A stretch of DNA of 64,000 bases from an uncultured Candidatus Saccharibacteria bacterium (GCA_964385105.1 CAYLMU010000002.1:122583-186582); one strand, 5' to 3'; shown: positions 19,390 to 29,649, counted from the first letter of the stretch. Numbers and translations are program-made. Notes: generated from the sequence alone by a model not told the origin.

Positions 19390-19499
19390 AGACTTTTAGC
19401 TTAAAAACAGGCACATAAACCCCACAGCTAAAAGGTTTTGGGGATTTAGAGCTATAATTTAAGCCGAATAATGGTATCACAGTGGTTGGTATATTTCAA
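19390..19499 (-). promoter_or_regulatory. Sigma70 promoter plus structured 5' UTR
   Basis: TTGAAA (19499-19494), 17 nt, TGnTACCAT (19476-19471); leader folds into a long hairpin reaching the ATG. Confidence 0.55.
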
Positions 19500-19515
19500 A
19501 CCGCTATGTATTTAT

Positions 19516-20160
19516 TTAAAATGGAAGTTTAATAAATAAGGCTGGTGAACTGCTAACAGATTCATAACCCGTGATTTCGTCTCCAAAGTGTTGAACTCCC
19601 CTGCACCATGAACCGTTTGACGGAGGTGTGTATGTTTTCATAATTTCGCACAAATCAGTGACGCCTTTAGAATAAAATGTTTCGCTCATATATTTGGAAA
19701 CAACTGCAATTCCTTCTTCTACAGTTTCAAAAGTTCTAACATTGTTGCCCCAAACTCCCCATCCGTAAAAATTATTTGAAGTTTGGCCATTTAAAGTAGG
19801 TACATTTTTGCCACAGCTTGATTCCTGAAATGCAATTGAAGCAACAAGCCAGTACGGAATATTATTTTTTTCTGCTTCTCTTACAAATGCTTCTCCGTAG
19901 CCTGTTATTGGGCAATTGTACTTTTCAAATACTTCGTTTAGTCTTGCTGCTTTAGAGTCTGCTCCCTCAATATTATTTGTTGATAAACCTAAAATATGCG
20001 GTCTGGCAGAAAATATTGAATATTTTAAATTGCCTGTTAGTTGAGGTTGTAATGTACCTAAAAGTAGAAAAATAAGAGTAAATGCCGATCCCATGGCAGA
20101 AAAAAGCCAGGCAGCCGGTAAGAAAGGTTTAATTTTTTCTAGAGCAGAATGCTTGGGCAT
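19516..20160 (-). CDS. Membrane-anchored lysozyme-like/glucosaminidase-domain protein (paralog of 18757)
   Basis: SIAFQESS...NNFYGWG...YTPP. Confidence 0.7.
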   Translation of the reverse strand: MPKHSALEKIKPFLPAAWLFSAMGSAFTLIFLLLGTLQPQLTGNLKYSIFSARPHILGLSTNNIEGADSKAARLNEVFEKYNCPITGYGEAFVREAEKNNIPYWLVASIAFQESSCGKNVPTLNGQTSNNFYGWGVWGNNVRTFETVEEGIAVVSKYMSETFYSKGVTDLCEIMKTYTPPSNGSWCRGVQHFGDEITGYESVSSSPALFIKLPF

Positions 20161-20185
20161 ACTTCAAGACTATTCTACCACATAC

Positions 20186-20668
20186 TTATGCTGTATGTGT
20201 ACCAAATACTTTTGCTATTACAAAACCTATTAATATTGCAATTCCGGCGATTGTAGCCATTCTAAATCCACCGGTTAAGCTTTTTTTCGGAATGAAACCT
20301 AATATAAACAGTGTAGCCAAAGACGACATAATTGAAACTACCATTGCCACATGAACTTCAAACACAACATATGGAAAAAGCGGAATAAACCCCGACACAA
20401 AATATGAAATAAACATTAAAACTCCATCTGTAACTGGATTACTGTTATCAGTGCTTGATTCATCATATTCGTTTGCTGAAGTTTCAGATAAAAAAGAACC
20501 GGCGCCCATTGAGAGTGCTTCAACTGCAATTACTATCAAACCGGTTAAAATAATTGTTTGTTTTTCAACATTTGCTGATGCTACGCCAAAAAGTACACCT
20601 AAAGTAGACACAAGACTATCTTCAGACCCGAAAATTATGTTTCTAAATTGGCTGGAATTAAAGCGCAT
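20186..20668 (-). CDS. VIT1/CCC1 family transporter
   Basis: IIFGSEDSLVST, ALSMGAGSFLS. Confidence 0.88.
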   Translation of the reverse strand: MRFNSSQFRNIIFGSEDSLVSTLGVLFGVASANVEKQTIILTGLIVIAVEALSMGAGSFLSETSANEYDESSTDNSNPVTDGVLMFISYFVSGFIPLFPYVVFEVHVAMVVSIMSSLATLFILGFIPKKSLTGGFRMATIAGIAILIGFVIAKVFGTHTA

Positions 20669-20695
20669 TGTTTAATTGTTATTGTTTTTGCTTTT

Positions 20696-20998
20696 TCAGT
20701 CAACAAGTTTTTCAACTTCTTTAGCAAGGTCAAAGTCTTTGTATGTTAGCCCGTCTACTTCGTGTGTTGATATTTCAATAAATACGTTTTTATAATCATA
20801 AATTTTGAGGTCGGGATGATGATTTTGTGTTTCGGCTATAGCTGCAATGCGGTTAATGAAGTTAATTGCCTCCATAAAATCTTTAAATTGAATATTTAAG
20901 GTTAATTTATTGCTGTAAGGAGTTTTCCAGTCTTTTTTTAATAATTTTCGTAAGCTGCCTATTTCTGTCCGGCTAAGCTTCTTTGGTTTGTGTACCAT
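20696..20998 (-). CDS. Pterin-4a-carbinolamine dehydratase
   Basis: AETQNHHPD, STHEVDGLTYKDFDLA. Confidence 0.9.
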   Translation of the reverse strand: MVHKPKKLSRTEIGSLRKLLKKDWKTPYSNKLTLNIQFKDFMEAINFINRIAAIAETQNHHPDLKIYDYKNVFIEISTHEVDGLTYKDFDLAKEVEKLVD

Positions 20999-21614
20999 GT
21001 GCTTCTACTATAGCATCAAGATTGTGTTCGTTAAAAGTCTCTTCATTTATTTGTCCGTTAGCATCTTTTTTAACTCTAACTATTTTGTCATTTACAGCAC
21101 CTACCATGACTCCGTTTAAACCAAGTTGATTTATGAGCTCTTCGGGAATTCTGCTTACATAGGCCGAAACAAGTATTCTGTCGTATGGAGCGTGTTCAGG
21201 TAACCCAAGTGTTTGTGAGGCCGGCTCAACAATTACATTTTTTAATTGTGCCGTGTTAATGTTTCTTCGGCTCATGTCTAGGAGTTCAGGCATAATTTCG
21301 ACACCATAAACAAAGCCTGTATATCCAGTAATATGAGCTAATAACGCTGTCGTCCACCCTGAACCTGTACCAAGGTCTAAAATTTTATTTCCTCTTTGTG
21401 GTTTTAAAAGTTCAAGCATGTGTGCAACTTCTGAGGGTTTTGAAATTGTTTGACCAGCACCGATTTGCAATGTTTTATCTTCATACGCTCTGGCTCTGTA
21501 CTCCGGTCTTACAAAATTAATCCTGTCTATCTTTTGAAAAGCTTCAACAATAAGCGGCGATTTAAGCAAACCTGTTGAAGCTAAGTATTTTACTAAAGAA
21601 ATATTATTATCCAT
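20973..21614 (-). CDS. pcm: Protein-L-isoaspartate O-methyltransferase
   Basis: AYED..LQIGAGQTISKP, LDLGTGSGW, APYDRI. Confidence 0.9.
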   Translation of the reverse strand: MDNNISLVKYLASTGLLKSPLIVEAFQKIDRINFVRPEYRARAYEDKTLQIGAGQTISKPSEVAHMLELLKPQRGNKILDLGTGSGWTTALLAHITGYTGFVYGVEIMPELLDMSRRNINTAQLKNVIVEPASQTLGLPEHAPYDRILVSAYVSRIPEELINQLGLNGVMVGAVNDKIVRVKKDANGQINEETFNEHNLDAIVEAHGTQTKEA

Positions 21615-21621
21615 GATTAAA

Positions 21622-23166
21622 TTATACTATTGTTACTTCTCCTTTTTGTGGTTTTACGCCTCTTGTCGGTAACGTAAACCAAAAAGTGGTTCCTTTGCCC
21701 TCTTCGCTTTCAAACCATATTACTCCATCCATCAGTTCAACCAGTGATTTTGCTAAATATAAACCTAAACCCGTTCCATCAGGAATCATTTTTAATGCGT
21801 TTTCAGCCCTAAAAAATTTATTGAATATATCTTGTTTTTGGTTCTCTGGAATACCTATACCCTCATCTTTAATCTCTGAAATTATTTGCTCGTCTTGTTT
21901 TGATAATTTTATTTCAACCTTTTTACCTTCAGGTGAGTATTTGATGGCATTTCCGATTAAATTTAAATAAATCTCTCTAACAAGCTTAGGGTCTATATTT
22001 ATTGAAGGAATTTCTTCAGAAATCACACTAATCTCAACATTTTTATCTTGCGCCTTAACTTTTAGCTCTTTTACAATATCCTCAATCATAGCTTTAATAT
22101 CAGTATTTTTAGGTTCAACAAGTATTCGCCCCGATTCTATACGTGAAACATTTAACAAACCTCCAACAAGGCCAATTAATCGTGAGTTTGAAGTATAAAT
22201 GTCGGTAATATATTCTCGCTGCTTTTCGTTCAAATTACCAAAATCATCGCCCAATATAGCTTCAAGACCCCATTTCATTGAAGTCAAAGGTGTTCTTAAC
22301 TGATGTGAGGCAAGTGAAATAAATTCTGTTTTCATGCGGTCTACCTCTTTTGCCAGGGTAACATCTCGCTCCATAACAACAAAAAATATAACTTCGGAAT
22401 CTTTGTTTAAAATAGGTGAAATATTAATTTCGGCAATATACTCTTCTCCGTTCTTTCGTTTGTTTTTAACGTCTCCTTTATAATTTTGCTTATTTTTCTT
22501 AAGTTCGTTCCAAAATTCATTTGTCATTAGTTCAGGCCAAAATTTATGAGTTTCTTTATCAAGCATTTCTTCCGCCTCGTATCCTGTTATTAACTCACCG
22601 GCATTGTTACTGTATAAAATCACCCCGTTGTGGTCGGTAATTAAAATATGGTCTGAAGCTTTATCTACCGCCAACTTATACTTTTTTAAATCCTGTGCAA
22701 TAACCTCAGAAATTTTCTTTTCTTTTTCAACTTCTTTTAAAACCTCAACCGTTGCTTCTTCCTGAACTTTAAGTTTTTTATCTTTTTCTTCAATTTCTTT
22801 TGTTAAATTTTCAACAGACTTTTTCTTTTCTAAATCTGCCTGTTTTAATAACATTGTTTGCATTTGAACAGCTTTTGCTAATGGAAGTAATTCTTTTGGT
22901 GTGGACTTGCTTGGTTTAAAAGTTTTGTGTTCTTTCTCAGCTACTTTAAGCTCAGAATATAATTCATTGATTGGTTTAAAAATCATAGAAGAGCTCAAAA
23001 GCGACGCTGCTAATACAATAGTAATTAAAGCCAAAACAATTAAAATAAGAAAAGGCAGAAAAAGCACGTGGTTATAAGGAATAAACAAGATTAACAACGT
23101 GAAAAGTATTACAAATGCAATATTGGGCAATAAGATTGTTAAAAATAATCGAATTTTAATATTCAT
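21622..23166 (-). CDS. Membrane PAS sensor histidine kinase
   Basis: Two N-terminal TMs, PAS, ASHQLRTPLT, NAIKYS, GTGLGL. Confidence 0.92.
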   Translation of the reverse strand: MNIKIRLFLTILLPNIAFVILFTLLILFIPYNHVLFLPFLILIVLALITIVLAASLLSSSMIFKPINELYSELKVAEKEHKTFKPSKSTPKELLPLAKAVQMQTMLLKQADLEKKKSVENLTKEIEEKDKKLKVQEEATVEVLKEVEKEKKISEVIAQDLKKYKLAVDKASDHILITDHNGVILYSNNAGELITGYEAEEMLDKETHKFWPELMTNEFWNELKKNKQNYKGDVKNKRKNGEEYIAEINISPILNKDSEVIFFVVMERDVTLAKEVDRMKTEFISLASHQLRTPLTSMKWGLEAILGDDFGNLNEKQREYITDIYTSNSRLIGLVGGLLNVSRIESGRILVEPKNTDIKAMIEDIVKELKVKAQDKNVEISVISEEIPSINIDPKLVREIYLNLIGNAIKYSPEGKKVEIKLSKQDEQIISEIKDEGIGIPENQKQDIFNKFFRAENALKMIPDGTGLGLYLAKSLVELMDGVIWFESEEGKGTTFWFTLPTRGVKPQKGEVTIV

Positions 23167-23359
23167 GGCAGTTTTTTTATTTTACTTTATATTAACATTT
23201 TGAATTACAGTGACATATACATGTTTTTATTTAATTTACGGCATTTTCTTCGATTCATAAATTTGTTAATTGATTTTGCTTGGTATATAATTCGCCCAAA
23301 CTAAATAAATGCACATTAAAAAAGAATAATAAAAAACAAAAGGTATTTGGAGGATTAAG

Positions 23360-24151
23360 ATGTTTTGGATTAGAGTCATTTTCAGGTTACTAAAGTTAGG
23401 TCTCATTTTGTTTGTATTCGTATACATTATGGGACTATTGGCAGAACCTATTATTTCAATTCCGCTGCCGGGTTTTTTGTCGTTTCTTGAGCCCATCAAG
23501 TTTCTTGCTATATGGGGAAACAGAGAACTCGTTAATTCGGGTTTCTTACCAAGGCTTCTTGGAACAACAACGTCTCAAATTGTGGCTGTTCAAGGCCCTT
23601 TGCAGACATTGGGTCAGTTTGTAGTAAATTTATTCACTACCCCCGGAGGCTGGGCCATTTTATTACTTATAGTGATTTTATGGCTACTTACGGGAGGACA
23701 TCGAAACTTAGGCGGTCGGGTTCGGGGTGCTTTGGATGAACGAAATATTCCGGTTGGAATTTTGGTACTGGCGCTAATTGTGCTTTTGTTCCTCTATTCC
23801 CAAGGTGGAATGCCGTTATTAATTAGTAACCTTATTCCGGCAGGAATTCTGGTAATAGTTTTTGTGGTACTGGCGAAATTTCTGCCCGATATTGCCGGTT
23901 GGATCGGAGAAGTAGCAGGTGCAATTGTTACGTTTTTGCTGGTTGGGTTTGCAGGACTGATATTAGTTCTATCCGCTCTATCAGGAGCAGGCATGTCGAT
24001 TGGTTTTTTTAGTGCCTTACCTATTCCTGGTATGAACTGGGTGGTGGCACTAAGCCGCGAGATTGGATCAATGTTCAGTGCAACATTCATCCTTTTAGTA
24101 ACAATTGTAATTGGTGGCATATTAACAATACGGAGAAGATTAAATGGCTAA
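23360..24151 (+). CDS. Gly/Leu-rich polytopic membrane protein, unknown function
   Basis: GGAGG SD; about 7 hydrophobic segments; first gene of a co-oriented cluster. Confidence 0.75.
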   Translation: MFWIRVIFRLLKLGLILFVFVYIMGLLAEPIISIPLPGFLSFLEPIKFLAIWGNRELVNSGFLPRLLGTTTSQIVAVQGPLQTLGQFVVNLFTTPGGWAILLLIVILWLLTGGHRNLGGRVRGALDERNIPVGILVLALIVLLFLYSQGGMPLLISNLIPAGILVIVFVVLAKFLPDIAGWIGEVAGAIVTFLLVGFAGLILVLSALSGAGMSIGFFSALPIPGMNWVVALSREIGSMFSATFILLVTIVIGGILTIRRRLNG

Positions 24152-25421
24152 GAAAAAGGCAGTTTTGTTTATAGGTGTGTTGGTTGCCTTACTTATAACT
24201 TTGGCAGGATGTTCAACCAAACTTGAAAAAGGCACTTTGCTATATAAATCTGAACAAGAGGCACTTAACAGACAAAATCCTGTTACAACGGCACAAGAAT
24301 CAGATTTAATGGCTGTTGAGCAAGTTAGCCCGTATGTTGCAAAAGTTACCGTATACAGCGGGATTAATGCTCCAGAGGGTGAGGTTGTTTATTATGCTTA
24401 TCTTCCTGAAGACAGCGTTGTAACACAACCACAAGAGAATGTTGCAGAGCAAGTACCACAGCCACAAGTTGAACAGCAAAATCAAGAAAACCAAAGTGTT
24501 GAAGAATCACCACCGCCGCAAGAAGGTACACCACTTTATGGCAACGTCGAAGATGCCATAAACGGAACAAACCCTCTAAGTACGTTGAGTGATACCGATG
24601 TTGTGATTGTAAGCAATTGGGCTAACCAAGAAAACAACATTGGCTACACCCACATAACCGGACCTGGTCGAGGTGCAACCGGTTTGTATTTTTACTACCG
24701 GATCCCGAATGGTGGGAATTCTAATATTTTCACTGAGACTTTTTCGGGGTTTAGATTAAGCGGTTTTCGTTTAGATGAAATTTCTTGGGGGCTGATTGTA
24801 GCATTTGTATTAGAGGCTCTTGTTATCTATGTTCCAATTCGTCATTATGTTTTGAGGAAAAACGTTCCCGATAATATTCTTATCAAAGTTGAAAATCCTC
24901 AAACTCAAGATGGCTTTGAGTTAGATTGGGTCACTGCGGAACTGCGGTATAGATTATCAACGAACCCTGACGAAGCGGAAGCGTATGAACGTATGGGAAA
25001 GGATGAGGTAATTGATCAAATTCGCATAGCCGTAAACAGGTTTATATACCAAATAACCAGCCAAGTCCCGCTAAAATTTGTAAATGCTTATCTTATCCGG
25101 GAAATCTCTTTGGATAATCCCGGGTTAGTACTCCCGGACGTTGGGATTGTTCCTCTTTCGTTTACGTTTAAGGAATCAAATATTCCACCGGAGTACGAGC
25201 AGTACTTACACGCAGAGACAGCGGCTAGAGAAAGGGGCAGACTGATAAATGATTTATCAGACACGGCAGGTATTCCGCGAAACCTCGCTGCTTTAGTTCA
25301 GATTGCTCAGAGTAGTGAAGGCACAATTCAAGCCTATCTTGCCAACGTATTATCTGGGGGTCAATTTACTGATAATATGTCCGAAGATTCCTCGGATGAT
25401 GAAGTTGAATCGGAGATATAA
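24144..25421 (+). CDS. Lipoprotein with duplicated extracellular module, TM and SPFH/Band-7-like C-terminus
   Basis: Lipobox LAGC; repeats GTLLY...NP / GTPLY...NP; TQDG..L....ELRYRL and GIVP..F..KE..IPPE resemble SPFH. Confidence 0.6.
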   Translation: MAKKKAVLFIGVLVALLITLAGCSTKLEKGTLLYKSEQEALNRQNPVTTAQESDLMAVEQVSPYVAKVTVYSGINAPEGEVVYYAYLPEDSVVTQPQENVAEQVPQPQVEQQNQENQSVEESPPPQEGTPLYGNVEDAINGTNPLSTLSDTDVVIVSNWANQENNIGYTHITGPGRGATGLYFYYRIPNGGNSNIFTETFSGFRLSGFRLDEISWGLIVAFVLEALVIYVPIRHYVLRKNVPDNILIKVENPQTQDGFELDWVTAELRYRLSTNPDEAEAYERMGKDEVIDQIRIAVNRFIYQITSQVPLKFVNAYLIREISLDNPGLVLPDVGIVPLSFTFKESNIPPEYEQYLHAETAARERGRLINDLSDTAGIPRNLAALVQIAQSSEGTIQAYLANVLSGGQFTDNMSEDSSDDEVESEI

Positions 25422-25424
25422 CAA

Positions 25425-25883
25425 ATGTGGATTTTAATGGATATAGTATTCGCGTTTACCATTATAGGGACTACTCTGTTTATGGCAATTGGTGAACGCT
25501 TGAAAATGCAAGACAATGTAATTTACAGGTTCATATCTATGATGTGGAATAGGCTAAATCTCGTAATTTGGTGGCCATCGATTCAAAAGTATCTCTATAT
25601 TGTCATAACCTACATGACAATAAAAAGACTTTTGTTTTACACACTTACATCAATTGCGAGTACGCCATACTGGTTTGTATTAGCTGAGGTAACATTACCT
25701 CCATTACCCGGAGCACCTCTATCATTTGCATCCTGGTTGGTGCTTACTGTTATAGTGTTATTAATGGAAGCAATTGCGTGGACGAGGCAGACAAAGAATA
25801 AGATGCTAAATCCGGTATGGGTACCACTTCTGTATCTTGCAATTGCGTGGAGAACAACACTTTTGATTTTTCAAAGGTTCTAA
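25425..25883 (+). CDS. Small membrane protein
   Basis: About 4 hydrophobic segments. Confidence 0.7.
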   Translation: MWILMDIVFAFTIIGTTLFMAIGERLKMQDNVIYRFISMMWNRLNLVIWWPSIQKYLYIVITYMTIKRLLFYTLTSIASTPYWFVLAEVTLPPLPGAPLSFASWLVLTVIVLLMEAIAWTRQTKNKMLNPVWVPLLYLAIAWRTTLLIFQRF

Positions 25884-25903
25884 TTACACCTCATTAAAAG
25901 GAG

Positions 25904-26011
25904 AAGATAAACCCGAACCTCAGCTCACATATGAAATATTCAATCGAAAAATTCATGCGTGATCTCAGGTTCGGATCTTTTTCAAGCTTATGATAATTCG
26001 TAAGTTTGAAA
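25904..26011 (+). ncRNA. Two-hairpin structured intergenic RNA element
   Basis: CCGAACCT/AGGTTCGG with an inner stem; TTTCAAGCTTATGA/TCGTAAGTTTGAAA with G-U pairs valid only on the + strand. Confidence 0.4.
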
Positions 26012-26072
26012 CGAGATAATACAAATCATAAAAATAAATCAATTCACAAGAATTTGTTAAAAGGAGTGAAAA

Positions 26073-28325
26073 GTGAATAGGTACATTGAAAATCTAATCA
26101 GAAAAGTTGAAGTAAACTCAAGAAAGCTCACACGAAGGGGTTTTTTTGGATTATTGGTTATTAGTTTATTGGTTTCTGCGGGTTACTGGTATTTACCTAA
26201 AGCTGTAACTATTTCTGATGAAATGGATAGTTACTTGTTTTATGGAGTTGTGAGTCTATGGATTGTGTGTGGCTTATATGTTTTTGTTGGTGTTTTAAAC
26301 TTAAGGCGTATAAATCAGTCAGAAAATGTATTTTTTCATTTTTTGAACGCCCTGGATTTTTCGCCACTTGATAACACACCGCAGGATAAAGAGAAGAGTC
26401 GAAACAAATCGCCACTTCTCCTAGACGATACACAACACCGTATCGCTGAACAAAGAAGTTTTATAGCCATGAACAAAAGATTTCTGGTTATAGCATCTTT
26501 GCTAATTGTGAGTATGCTTGTTGTCGTGCTGCCAAGCTTGCTGGGATTTCTCGTTAAATTGAGCATATTCACTGTTATAGCGATTGTTTTTGGCATGTTG
26601 CTTTTAGTACTTTGGATAAATGGCCGCCTTAATATTGCTTTTATAGATAATATTAAGAATAAACTGGTTGCATTAAAATCCATTGTTCAGAGCAAATATC
26701 GTGGCATTAAAAAGCATGCACGCTTTGTGACCTGTGTTGTTCTTGTATTGGCTGTGGGTTTCTATTTTTTGGCAAGAGAAAAAAATTGGAATTTTACATT
26801 GCTAAACAATTCAACGGGTCTAAAAAATGCTTCAGTTGAGGTACGGACTACACCAACACCTTTTCCGCAGTTCACCCCGCAAGTTATAGTTGAACCAACA
26901 GCTGAGCCAGAGCCTTTTGGTGAAGTGCTTCAGCCAAGTGTGATATATGACGTAGACGAGGTAAATGAATTACGCGGAAACATTGCAGCAGAAACTCATT
27001 CTTTGCGCAATATCATTGTAGAAGTATTCAATACTTTTACAGGTATTACCACGGATGCATACAATAATCCAGATGTGAAATATGTTGATTGGAACCTTAT
27101 TGTTGAAAACAATGAGGAATCGCAAGATCACTCACATAATGATCTGGCAGGGTTAAATGCGTTTGTTGCAGAATGGGCAGATGATTTTCGGCGACGCCTT
27201 GATGATGTATTTTCACAAGACTCGCAAGGTGTTGTGTTGAATGAAGAGAGTCATAACCTCTACACCCAACAAACCCGTTTATTGCATCAGGCAATGAATG
27301 ATTTGTTTGAGTTGGCAGTTGCTCTTCAAAGTCTAAACGATCAGCATCCAAACTGGCATTTAGCATCTCAGAGGTTGCACATTTACAACAATACTGCTTT
27401 TCAATACAACAAAGTGGTAAATGATAATGCAAACCTTGGAGGTGCACTTCTTCCGATTTTCGATACAAGTGAAACTTCATTTGTAAAAGTATTGGAAGAA
27501 ATTTACAAGCGGGAGAATAGGGTTGTAATTACGGAGCCTGCACCGGTTCAACCGGCGGTTCCCGTTATAGCAAATCCGATTTTTGAGCTTGAACAAGCAG
27601 CCGGTCTGGGTACACCATCAGCCACATCACAAGACTCAGAAACTCCTATGCCAACTCCGACTCCTGTTCAATACGGAGTTGCAGGTCCTGCAGCATGTGA
27701 ATTTCCGATAGGAGGAAACGCTCGTTACCTAGACGTGGACTTAGTTGATACCAATGGTGATGGTGACGTAGAAGCAATTCCACTTCCTGCAAGTGGGGGT
27801 ATTGAAAAAGCTGTCACTTTAATGATGAAGGAACCCGCAATGTATATAGGGAACATCCAAGGATGCGGTCACGTTGTAGCTTTTTATTTAAATGACGCTC
27901 AACCGACATGGTTTTTGCTTGAAAGACCACCGGGAGTAAATCCTGGTGAGTGCATGATTGCAAATTACTTTGAAGCGGGTGACCCGTTTGATAATAGAAT
28001 TTACAGGGCAGACTGCAATACCGGAGAAAAAGGTGTTCAGATATTTCCGGCAAACGAAACGGTTACAACGTTTGATCCTGTTTGTGATACAAGTAGTACT
28101 AGTTTTCTTTCAGGGATTGGTACGGGATGGTCATTAAACGGGATTTACGATTCAGGACGTGGTGTGAGAGCTAGGTGGTTTGTGTGTTCTAGTGGACAGT
28201 ATCGTATAGATCTGGAAGGGTATGGATGGTATCTTTCAGATACTGTGCCATCAAATATTCCACAGAATACATGGTATCGCACGGTTCAAGCTAATGGCCA
28301 ATGGGTTGCAATTGTAGCCCAGTAA
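26073..28325 (+). CDS. Large membrane-anchored surface protein (750 aa)
   Basis: AAGGAG SD with GTG start; about 5 N-terminal TMs, Pro/Thr linkers, helical region, Cys-rich C-terminus with DTNGDGD. Confidence 0.8.
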   Translation: MNRYIENLIRKVEVNSRKLTRRGFFGLLVISLLVSAGYWYLPKAVTISDEMDSYLFYGVVSLWIVCGLYVFVGVLNLRRINQSENVFFHFLNALDFSPLDNTPQDKEKSRNKSPLLLDDTQHRIAEQRSFIAMNKRFLVIASLLIVSMLVVVLPSLLGFLVKLSIFTVIAIVFGMLLLVLWINGRLNIAFIDNIKNKLVALKSIVQSKYRGIKKHARFVTCVVLVLAVGFYFLAREKNWNFTLLNNSTGLKNASVEVRTTPTPFPQFTPQVIVEPTAEPEPFGEVLQPSVIYDVDEVNELRGNIAAETHSLRNIIVEVFNTFTGITTDAYNNPDVKYVDWNLIVENNEESQDHSHNDLAGLNAFVAEWADDFRRRLDDVFSQDSQGVVLNEESHNLYTQQTRLLHQAMNDLFELAVALQSLNDQHPNWHLASQRLHIYNNTAFQYNKVVNDNANLGGALLPIFDTSETSFVKVLEEIYKRENRVVITEPAPVQPAVPVIANPIFELEQAAGLGTPSATSQDSETPMPTPTPVQYGVAGPAACEFPIGGNARYLDVDLVDTNGDGDVEAIPLPASGGIEKAVTLMMKEPAMYIGNIQGCGHVVAFYLNDAQPTWFLLERPPGVNPGECMIANYFEAGDPFDNRIYRADCNTGEKGVQIFPANETVTTFDPVCDTSSTSFLSGIGTGWSLNGIYDSGRGVRARWFVCSSGQYRIDLEGYGWYLSDTVPSNIPQNTWYRTVQANGQWVAIVAQ

Positions 28326-28329
28326 CTAA

Positions 28330-29625
28330 ATGAGGAAACTTATGTACACACGTGAAAGAACCGAAGAAAAAAATCTTTCCCAGATTTTTTTCACAACTGT
28401 GATTCTAATGACCCTGATAGTAGCTTTGTATCTGCTATATCAGCGAGTCACCACTGAACACAACCAAGGTTCTATGGTAGTAATTGAGACGAGTGAAGCA
28501 GGCAACAACGAGTTCACACAAGAATCAAAGCCTGTTACAATTCCGACTCAAGCAGCATCATTTGAACCTACTATTCAACAGCTTGATGTCTTGTCTATGG
28601 GTCAGTTTGGTGGTTTGAACTTAACCTTTGAGCCAAGCATTAACATGCTTAAAGCAGAAACTGTCACAGTTTTACTACCTTACAGTCCCCCTCTAGTTCA
28701 GAGCGATGAGATCTCTCTAAAGTGGGGATCGTTTATCGCAGCTTTCATTGCAGGCAATCAGCCTGGGATGACAGATCTTGGTACTTGGTTTCTTCGAAAC
28801 TTGCAAAATGTTGATGTAGAAGCCGCAAGAATTGAATTAGTTCTTGCTATTGAAGGAACATCGCGATTTCCGGATAATCCATACTTGATTCACACAAGTG
28901 AAAGATCGAGTCAGAATCCTGGAATAAAAATCAAGTATATTCCTCAATTAGCAAATGCAATTGTGGCGTTGAGAGCTCTTGGTGCTGACGATATAGCAGA
29001 CACGCTGAAATCCGACGCATTAGCAGCTCTTGAACTTGAAGCTCAAATCATAGAGCAAGAACGCCAGGTACAATTGGCGCTACAAGCTCAAGCCTCAGCA
29101 GATGCCGAGCAAGAGCAAAATCAGGCGTTTGAAGCTCCTGAATCGGTTGAATCTCTCCAAGCCGCTCAAGTAACCGAACCGGTTGATGTACCTGTAGAAA
29201 GCACTGCTTCTCAAACCGAAAGCGGAATCGTTGACGGTAGCACATCAGACACCCAAGAGGTAATAGAATTACCTAGAAACCTCAACATTCCTCCTGGCGA
29301 TGTAGACAGTAGTTCGCTTGGTTTTTCGCCATACGGAATTTTAATGGGAGTTTGGGCATTGAGAGATTTCTTTGAGGGTAATCCGGGTATAACATATTGG
29401 GAAGTAACCAACATGGAATATCTGAGCCCTCGCGGCGCTTCTACCGGAGTTGCCGACTTCTTAGGCCTAAGTGAAGTTAAACTGTGGTATGTAACCATGG
29501 TCGGTCACAGGCCTGATGGTTCGGTAACAATTCCTGTGAAAGCAGGACTTTTCTGGTTAGGAGGGTTATCTCCATTTGAGATTGGCGATCAGCTTGAAGT
29601 CAAATCTATTTTGGGATGGCCTTAG
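28330..29625 (+). CDS. Single-TM surface protein, unknown function
   Basis: N-terminal TM, Gln/Ala/Glu-rich linker. Confidence 0.75.
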   Translation: MRKLMYTRERTEEKNLSQIFFTTVILMTLIVALYLLYQRVTTEHNQGSMVVIETSEAGNNEFTQESKPVTIPTQAASFEPTIQQLDVLSMGQFGGLNLTFEPSINMLKAETVTVLLPYSPPLVQSDEISLKWGSFIAAFIAGNQPGMTDLGTWFLRNLQNVDVEAARIELVLAIEGTSRFPDNPYLIHTSERSSQNPGIKIKYIPQLANAIVALRALGADDIADTLKSDALAALELEAQIIEQERQVQLALQAQASADAEQEQNQAFEAPESVESLQAAQVTEPVDVPVESTASQTESGIVDGSTSDTQEVIELPRNLNIPPGDVDSSSLGFSPYGILMGVWALRDFFEGNPGITYWEVTNMEYLSPRGASTGVADFLGLSEVKLWYVTMVGHRPDGSVTIPVKAGLFWLGGLSPFEIGDQLEVKSILGWP

Positions 29626-29649
29626 TTAGTAAATCGTAAAAGATTTGTT

